Assembly (NCBI GenBank): GCA_002269645.1
Contig: NIVC01002988.1
Location: 1 to 49,321 of the forward strand
Reading direction: 5' to 3'
DNA from: Macrostomum lignano
Lineage: Eukaryota
Length of the DNA stretch: 49,321 bases
Every line of letters starts with the position of its first letter. The stretch's first letter is position 1. The translations under genes were made by a program, and so were the position numbers. Positions 40,767 through 49,321 of this stretch are shown piece by piece. Under the pieces are notes generated by a model, which saw only the letters and a list, made by a program, of their open reading frames with translations, was not told the DNA's origin and searched no databases.

Positions 40767-43700
40767 CTAAGCCGGCAGGGCCTCTCTGAGAAAGTTGAGC
40801 ATAACAGTGTCCCGGATGTCGCGGAACACCCGTCTGACATTGCTGAGATCAATCGAGGTGGTGAAGTGAGTGTACCTGCGCAACTGCCGATTAGGCGGCA
40901 CAACAGTGGTCAGGCGTCTGATCAGATGCTCGCGCACCTGGCCGAGATCCAACGGATCGAATCGATCAGCTGGAAAGGTCGAATCGAACTTTGAATAATC
41001 GACACGAAGGCTGGCGATCTTGTAAGAGAACAGGTCGTCTTTGTTGAAGAACACGATCAGGTTCATGTCGCGGGTGAACAGCTCCGATTTCACGTCTAGA
41101 AGGTGGCGCAGACAGAGGAAACTCTCGTCGAGCTTGTTGATGAGCTCGCCGCTGGCTTTGGTGTAGGTTTCGTTGAATGTTGAACAGGCGATTATGTAGA
41201 TAACCGACTGCAGCTCGCCCTGGAATATGCGCAACGTTTTCGACCATTTCCGGCGCTCGTTAGTGTGCCCGCCAATGTCGATAATGCGCAGGGGCACGCC
41301 CTCGTATAGCAGGCACTTTTCGAATACCTGCGGGTGGAGTTTGCGGCTGACTCTCAGTAGGGTTTGGGGCTGACTCTCAGTAGGGTTTGCGGCTGACTCT
41401 CAGTAGGGTTTGGGGCTGACTCTCAGTAGGGCTTGGGGCTGACTCTCAGTAGGGTTTGGGGCTGACTCTCAGTAGGTTTGGGGCTGACTCTCAGTAGGGT
41501 TTGGGGCTGACTCTCAGTAGGGCTTGCGGCTGACTCTCAGTAGGTTTGCGGCTGACTCTCAGTAGGGTTTGGGGCTGACTCTCAGTAGGGTTTGGGGCTG
41601 ACTCTCAGTAGGGCTTGCGGCTGACTCTCAGTAGGTTTGCGGCCGACTCTCAGTAGGGTTTGCGGCTGACTCTCAGTAGGGTTTGCGGCTGACTCTCAGT
41701 GGGTTTGCGGCTGACTCTCAGTAGGGTTTGGGGCTGACTCTCAGTAGGGCTTGGGGCTGACTCTCAGTAGGGCTTGGGGCTGACTCTCAGTAATCACTTG
41801 AAAACTACTGCAAGTAGGCAGCAAAGAGTTCGCAGATCGCAGCCAGACAAACTGCCTTACCGAGTCAGTAAACCGCCTGCTATGCAATATGTGCGCGTCA
41901 GTTGGCCTGTAGTTAACAACCGAGATAGATTTGAGCCTATTCAAATAGTAATCCAGATTCTCTCCGACATCTTTGAACTCCTCGTCGCCGGGTACGCTGT
42001 GCCGGCGCTCGAATGCTTCACGAACTCCGGCGTCGCACCAGAGCACCTGGGCAGGTGAAAAACAGCATTTTAATTCTATTCAAACCTGTGCGTGTGGTGT
42101 GATAAGCTTCCCAGCTCATGGCAATGTTCAATCATGCGAAGATGCAGAGATGGCACAGTAGCCAGCTGACACATTTGACAGACAACACAGTAGCCAACTG
42201 ACACACATTTGACAGACAACACAGTAGCCAGCTGACACACATTTGACAGACAACACAGTAGCCAACTGACACACATTTGACAGACAACACAGTAGCCAGC
42301 TGACACACATTTGACAGACAACACAGTAGCCAGCTGACACACATTTGACAGACAACACAGTAGCCAGCTGACACACATTTGACAGACAACACAGTAGCCA
42401 GCTGACACACATTTGACAGACAACACAGTAGCCAGCTGACACACATTGGACAGACAACACAGTAGCCAGCTGACACACATTTGACAGACAACACAGTAGC
42501 CAGCTGACACACATTTGACAGACAACACAGTAGCTAGCTGACACACATTTGACAGACAACACAGTAGCCAGCTGACACACATTGGACAGACAACACAGTA
42601 GCCAGCTGACACACATTGGACAGACAACACAGTAGCCAGCTGACACACATTCGACAGACAGCACAGTAGCCAGCTGACACACATTCGACAGACAGCACAG
42701 TAGCCAACTGACACACATTTCACAGACAACACAGTAGCCAGCTGACACACATTGGACAGACAACACAGTAGCCAGCTGACACACATTCGACAGACAGCAC
42801 AGTAGCCAGCTGACACACATTCGACAGACAGCACAGTAGCCAACTGACACACATTTCACAGACAACACAGTAGCCAGCTGACACACATTGGACAGACAAC
42901 ACAGTAGCCAGCTGACACACATTCGACAGACAGCACAGTAGCCAACTGACACACATTTCACAGACAACACAGTAGCCAGCTGGCACATTCGACAGACAGC
43001 ACAGTAGCCAACTGACACACATTTGACAGACAACACAGTAGCCAGCTGACACACATTTGACAGAAAATACAAAATTAAAATCTAATGAAACTCATTCTGC
43101 TCATTGAAAATCATAAACTACTGTCAGTAGTATATATGGACTACTACACACTGCATTTGCAGACAAAAAAATAGCAAAAGGCAAAGCTATTATCTACAGC
43201 AGCCAAGTCAGGGGGCGCGACAAGAATCCGCCATTAAATACAACACAACAGAGCTGCACTAGAAGTAGATAGGCCTGTCGGTAGCAAGCCCAGCAGAGGT
43301 GAAATGGGGAAGCAGTGGGAAGAGGGAGAGTGCAAAGCCACTGCGGACAGACCACCATGGCCTGTATAGATACATACGCCTATTTGAATCTGTAATGATA
43401 TGCCAAGCCAAGCCTGATATGCGGATCATTCGAATAGGAAAAACAAGAGGGAGCTCCGGAAAAGTTTGAAAATTGAAGTACGACTGACCGACCAGAAATG
43501 CAGGAAAGTTTCTGTGGGAGAGAGGGGGAGAGAGAAAGAGGGGAAAGCAGGATGGCCATTCGCCCTTGCACCCCATCCCCAAGAGTAACGCTGCGCAGAA
43601 ATATTCTGGCTAATGCTTGCCCATAAGAAACTGACTGCTGCTGGCCTGATTGACTCATTCCTATCAAATACGGATAGCGATTAGTGCGCCGCTTGTCGGA

Positions 43701-45639
43701 TAGCAGCCAGTTTCCCAATAACATTTCATTAGTAAAAGTTTCCTGTACATGTGGCAATCGGATTGGAATTCACAAACAGCTATAGGACACTGGCCCTTCC
43801 AACCCAGGTAATGGCAAATCATATTTTAGTAGTCGAAACCCTATGACTAAATAGATAGTCCTCTTGGGAAAGCAAGAAAACTGCTAATGACCTAATGGAT
43901 AATCATCATGGGAAAGCAAGAAAACCGCTAATGACCTAATGGATAATCATCATGGGAATTAAAGCAAGAAAACCGCTAATGACCTAATGGTTAATCATCA
44001 TGGGAAAGCAAGAAAACCGCTAATGACCTAATGGATAATCATCATGGGAAAGCAAGAAAACCGCTAATGACCTAATGGATAATCATCATTGGAAAGCAAG
44101 AAAACCGCTAATGACCTAATGGATAATCATCATTGGAATTAAAGCAAGAAAACCGCTAACGACCTAATGGTTAATCATCATGGGAATTAAAGCAAGAAAA
44201 CCGCTAATGACCTAATGGATAATCACCATAGGGATTAAAGCAAGAAAACCGCTAATGACCTAATGGATAATCATCATGGGAAAGCAAGAAAACCGCTAAT
44301 GACCTAATGGATAATCATCATGGGAAAGCAAGAAAACCGCTAATGACCTAATGAATAACCATCATGGGAATTAAAGCAAGAAAACTGCTAATGACCTAAT
44401 GGATAATCATCATGGGAAAGCAAGAAAACCGCTAATGACCTAATGGATAATCATCATGGGAAAGCAAGAAAACCGCTAATGACCTAATGGATAATCATCA
44501 TTGGAAAGCAAGAAAACCGCTAATGACCTAATGGATAATCATCATGGGAAAGCAAGAAAACCGCTAATGACCTAATGGATAATCATCATTGGAATTAAAG
44601 CAAGAAAACCGCTAACGACCTAATGGTTAATCATCATGGGAATTAAAGCAAGAAAACCGCTAATGACCTAATGGATAATCACCATAGGGATTAAAGCAAG
44701 AAAACCGCTAATGACCTAATGGTTAATCATCATGGGAAAGCAAGAAAACCGCTAATGACCTAATGGATAATCATCATGGGAAAGCAAGAAAACCGCTAAT
44801 GACCTAATGGATAATCATCATGGGAAAGCAAGAAAACCGCTAATGACCTAATGAATAACCATCATGGGAATTAAAGCAAGAAAACTGCTAATGACCTAAT
44901 GGATAATCATCATGGGAAAGCAAGAAAACCGCTAATGACCTAATGAATAACCATCATGGGAATGAAAGCAAGAAAACCTCAATGACCTAATGGATAATCA
45001 CCATAGGAATTAAAGCAAGAAAACCGCTAATGACCTAATGGATAATCATCATGGGAATTAAAGCAAGAAAAATGCTAATGGCCTAATGGACAATCATGGG
45101 AAAGCTAACAAAACCCTAATGACCTAATGGATAATAATCACAGGAGAGCATGCAAACAGAAATACCTGAATAAAAGGCGCTGCCCTGAGGAACTGATCCT
45201 CGCGCAGGCCGCAGGCCATGAGCGCCGAGTGGCCAATTTCCTTCTCCAGAGCCAGCAGCGCTTTAACAGCCGGTACGCCAGTTTTATTATTCTCCCAGCG
45301 AATGCCAAGCCGTTTTTTAACGTACAGCAATTTCATCAGGCCGCGCCAAATATTGCAATAGATAACTGACTTGAAACTGAGCAGCTCCTGCTCAGAGAAT
45401 CGATCCTCGTGTATAATACGCATCGATCTCAGAAATGTACTTTTACCGCTAGCTGCAGTGCCTAGCAACAGGATGCGGCGTTCGTGGCGTCGAAGCTCCC
45501 GGTCGGCTTTCAACTGTCGATCGATTTGACGACTGACCTGCTCGGCTGACAGCTTGTTGCCCCGGCCGACCGAGTACTTGGCCTCGGCGCCAGATGAGGC
45601 ACCACTGCTGGAGGCTGCGCATGGGCACAGGATGCTCAT
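40767..45639 (-). CDS. Heterotrimeric G-protein alpha subunit, most like G12/13, atypical catalytic residues; 406 aa; exons 45639-45166, 42046-41861, 41327-40767
   Basis: ILLLGTAASGKSTF..MRIIH (G1); LW.DAGVREAFERR; ILHSRRFT (G2); IIDIGGHTNERRKW (G3); FFNKDDLF (G4); HFTTSID (G5); FRDIRDTV C-terminal helix; N-terminal Cys residues; both introns GT-AG in phase 0. Start codon could be 45669. Confidence 0.93.
41338..41792. repeat. 23-bp minisatellite (G[C/G]GGCTGACTCTCAGTAGGGTTT)n in G-alpha intron 2
   Basis: About 20 copies. Confidence 0.95.
42150..43065. repeat. 34-bp minisatellite (GACAGACAACACAGTAGCCAGCTGACACACATTT)n in G-alpha intron 1
   Basis: About 27 copies; explains the Cys-rich spurious ORFs. 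Confidence 0.95.
43866..45135. repeat. 44/49-bp minisatellite (GGGAA[TTAAA]GCAAGAAAACCGCTAATGACCTAATGGATAATCATCAT)n in G-alpha intron 1
   Basis: About 27 copies, two length variants. Confidence 0.95.
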
Positions 45640-46809
45640 TGTAAAGCGAGATAGGGGATTGGCAGGCACTGGCTGGATGGGTAAGTATCTGGCGGACCAG
45701 ACCAGGAAAACAGGGCAGGTCTACCGGCTCTGCGTATGCGCAGCAGTTGGCATGAAGTGAAGTGCCGAGCCATCACATACTGGAACAATTAACTACATTA
45801 AGCAACTAAAAGTAACTAAAATAGAATTCATATAAGAGATTTTTATAAAGCTGTTAATTTATAACAAAAATAATTACTAAGACTTCCAATGATGGAAATA
45901 TACTATTTTTCTGATGATACTTGCTATATGGGGGGTGCTTACTATGCTTGCTATCTAAGGGATGTTTGCCATTGTGAGATACTTATTATTGGGGGATGCT
46001 TGCCATCTAGAGATGCATGCTATTTAGAAGGATGTTTGCAGTCTAGGAGATGCTTTCTATATAAGGGGAATACTTGTTATCTTTGTGAAGGCTTTATTTT
46101 GTTGTCCTTTTGTTATTTTTTAGAAACAAATTCATAATAAACATAAAAATCTTTGCCTATGAGAAGTTTACACAAATAAGGTGATTTATAAAACTGAAAA
46201 AAGAATTGGTTCTTAAGAAAATGTGCTTTTTAATGAATTTGCATGAATATTTTTGTTCTTTGCTTATTGGGCATCCTAAAGGGGCACTAGATTGCTAGTC
46301 TGAGTCTAATCTCTTACTCTTAGTACTTGCTAAATATTGTTAATAATCTTTGCAACTTTTTTAGACATGAATATAGGAAGGCAAGTATGACTTGTTTCAT
46401 GTTATCTTTGTCTAAAATTAATGCATAAAGCTTTTAAAATAAAATAGTTGTTAAATGACATTGACATTGAAAGGCAAAAATAACAAATATTATACTCAAA
46501 TAAAGTTTATTCTTATTTCTAAGCAACATAAATTTTGATAGCTATTTAAAATAATGCCTGCCTTAGTATCAATATATATGCATGTAGAATAATAGTAGAA
46601 GTCTAATATATTTTAATTGGGCCTATTATACATTTTAATAAATACAAGGCTAATATATGTATTTGTTATAGTTATGGCCCTTTAGACTATTGCCTTTTCG
46701 ATCTGTCACTTTTTGATTGATTCTCTAAATAAAGATGCAAGAACAAGAATAAAATCTATGAAATTTCTAAATCTAATAAAGAATATATCACTATTAGCAT
46801 TTATTTTCA

Positions 46810-47807
46810 GGCTTTCAGGCTTCGGAGCTTGCATCTTCTTCAAGGGAGAAGTTGGGTGGAGCTACTCCTAGCACACTGGGCTCAACTCCAGTGTTTTTCA
46901 GAGCGAGGTGCTTGCCATCAGCTCCTACGCGGCAGAGTTGCGCCAAAGGCAGCTTAGCAGTTGGAAATTTATTTTTCACTCTGACAGCCAAGCAGCCCTT
47001 CGGGCCCTTTGCCGCAGCACTGCCAGCTCCAGGTCCATCCTGGACTGCAACACCCAACTCAACAGGCTTGCGCTAGGCAACCAGGTGAAGCTCAGATGGA
47101 TCCCGGGCCACGCCGGCTTCCTTGGCAACGAGCGCGCTGACCTGCTGGCCAAGGCTGGCTTCGCCGGCATGCTGCTATGGCCAGGCCCGGGAGCCCCCAT
47201 CCCCGCTTTGGTGATCAACTCCTGCATTAAGTGCTGGACTGACTCCGAGCATCTCCGCAGGTGGCACGACACTCAGAATTGTAGGCAATCCCATGCGGCC
47301 ATCCCTTGCCCCTCTCCTCTCCTGAGTAGAGCCCTCCTCAGGCTCAACCACAGAGACCTTAGAGCAGTTAGCAGGCCCTTTCTGGGCATGGCTGCTTCTC
47401 TTGCCACCATTTCCTTCAGGGCCAAGTACCTGAGGAGCGGTGCCCCTTCTGCTGCTCAGGCAGTGAAAACGCCAAGCATTTTATCTGCCACTGCCCGGTT
47501 TTCACCAAGGCCAGGCTCACTCACCTTGGGCCAAACCAAGTTCTCTCCGACATTTGCAGGCCCGAGAGCATCCCACTACTCACCCTGTACCTTAGGGACA
47601 TGGGATGAGCTGACTTCTTCCCTACCGCCAGTGGGGAGGACCGCGCTGCAAGCAAGAGCGACGGGTCCCCCTGGGTGACATCACTTCAATGGAAGTCATT
47701 GGTTGCCAGGGACTAGCGAAATGGGCGGTTCCCTCTGCCTCCTCGCTACATCCACTGGACGCCCCTTGCAGCTACCTAATATACCTGATATACCTAAATA
47801 TACCTGA
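46810..47807 (+). mobile_element. 5'-truncated LOA/R1-like LINE remnant (RNase H, Cys/His motif, 3' UTR and short-repeat tail)
   Basis: SVFQSEVLAI, SDSQAAL, WIPGHAGFLGNERADLLAK; after a frameshift LSGHGCF..CPFCC..ENAKHFICHCP; in-frame stop near 46868; tail of about 10-bp ATACCT(G/A)AT repeats at 47773-47807. Confidence 0.88.
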
Positions 47808-48094
47808 TTGGATTGTCACAAGTCATTGAGATAGCAAAGTTGTTGAATGACTACTAAAAGAAAGTAAGACCTTACTCTCAAAATGGCAAAGAAAATTTGC
47901 AACTCTGCTGAGTCTTCCAAGAAGAAGCAATTATGACTAGAGAATATCAGGTATCACTTTAAGAAATCAATCTGCCTACTGCAGAAGCAAATCAGTCTTG
48001 AAGTGATTTGCAATTGACAGCTCCAATAAGGGTAAGCAAAATTGCCCACCGAACAACTAGAGAATGTGCAAATGCCAAAGACAGGCATTGGTAA

Positions 48095-48600
48095 ACTAAG
48101 TATTTAGAAAACATTGTAACAAATGTTGCTAAAGAATACCTCAGCTTGTGAAACATCTTTGTTGGTCTTTAATGTGTCTTTTTATAGTGAGGAATGTGTA
48201 AAGCAATAGTGCAATTTTCTTACAGAAATAGCACAGCTTCTGAAAAAATGGTTATGTGATTCAAACAGCAACATCAAACAGCATTTGGTATATCTAGAAA
48301 ATGTTGTAACAACTGTTGCTAGGCTTTTTTAAAAACATTGTCTCAGCTTGTGAAGCGTCTTTGTGTGTGTCTGATATGTCATTTTAAAGTAGGCCTAAAG
48401 ACATGCGTAAAGCAGCTGTGCAATTTCATTCAGAAAGAGCAAAGTGCGACGATATAGTGACTCTTTAAAAAACGACCATAGACAGTGTTAGGTATATTGC
48501 AAAATGCTATAACAACCATTGCTAGGGAATATCTCAGCTTATGAAGTGTCCTTGTGTACGTCTGATGTGTCTTTTTAAAGCAGAGACATGTGTAAAAAAG
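48095..48600. repeat. Degenerate tandem repeat, about 190-200-bp unit, 3 copies
   Basis: AAAA(C/T)(A/G)(C/T)T(G/A)TAAC...TTGCTA...CTCAGCTT(G/A)TGAA recurs near 48108, 48298 and 48501. Confidence 0.6.
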
Positions 48601-49321
48601 TCTAAAAATTTATATTGTCTTGCGTACTAAATAGACAATTTTGTTAAACATTTACTAAAAAATTTCTGAATGTCTAACTGAATTTCTGTTGGAAAACCAA
48701 TACATAAGCCTATTACTGAAATGGCTATTACCAAAGTAGATTATCTAACCCTAGGCCCCTAACCCTAACCCTAACCTATTTACTAGGCCTAGGCCTAGCA
48801 ATGGTTTCTTGATAAACTGATATTAATAAATTTAATAAATGTAATGATAAGGAATAAATTGGCACAAAAATTAATGACTAAAAAAATTAAAGTTTTTTGT
48901 ATTATGGGTAATTAGGCCTAGTTTCAAATCTATTACTATTAGTCTATCAGTATTTATAATATAAACATGATTGACTAGGCATAGGCCTAAGCAAATAATT
49001 ATTAGGCCTATAACAATAGCTATTGATTTTTAGTATATGGAAGTTGCTAATTAATGATAGAGAGAGTAGATATAATAGAGATTTAATGTTGCGGCCATCT
49101 TGGTGTGTGATGTGTGGGCGTGGCCAGCTTGGTCTTATACCAAGCAAGCCCCCTAAGAAATTTCTGGTTGGCTGTTGGGTCACTTTAAAGCCTTAGCGCC
49201 TTAGTTGAAATGGCCCTAACATTAGGCCACGCATACTACAAACCAAACCATGTCACAGCACAGGGCAAGGACATCATATAATTATAAACTAATACATTGG
49301 CTTAAGCTTAGCCTAACTAGG

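Noticed and set aside
42076-43072. Cys-rich metallothionein/keratin-like ORFs
   Set aside because: Translation of a 34-bp array inside G-alpha intron 1, cycling through frames
43200-43800. Possible RT remnant (YPYLIG...) between two arrays
   Set aside because: A single weak motif with several stops; cannot be supported
48745-48800. CCCTAA repeats as a chromosome end
   Set aside because: Only 3-4 imperfect units embedded in AT-rich repeat-like DNA; interstitial

Overview
Animal (eukaryotic) genomic DNA with GT-AG introns and many intronic minisatellites. No prokaryotic features are present. The style suggests a free-living flatworm such as Macrostomum, but that is inference only. Five protein-coding genes can be modelled: (1) the 3' part of a SCYL2-like pseudokinase/HEAT gene (+, 471-15632); (2) nested antisense in one of its introns, a single-exon secreted precursor carrying 21 copies of FSS[P/L/S]GTYDW separated by KKKR (-, 8137-9105); (3) ceramide glucosyltransferase UGCG (-, 18108-19450); (4) a 7-exon, 488-aa, very divergent Rel-homology (NF-kB/Rel-like) factor without ankyrin repeats (+, 30719-36000); (5) a 3-exon G12/13-like G-alpha whose catalytic switch-II Gln is replaced by His and whose P-loop is altered (-, 40767-45639). 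Mobile DNA includes a full-length LOA/R1-group LINE inserted in antisense into a 5'-truncated RTE LINE (candidate target-site duplications visible for both), two further LOA-like 3' remnants, an internally deleted mariner with perfect TIRs, a hAT-type MITE and a fold-back element. About 15 distinct tandem arrays and two almost CpG-free blocks are also present. All homology calls come from motif recognition by eye; no search was run.
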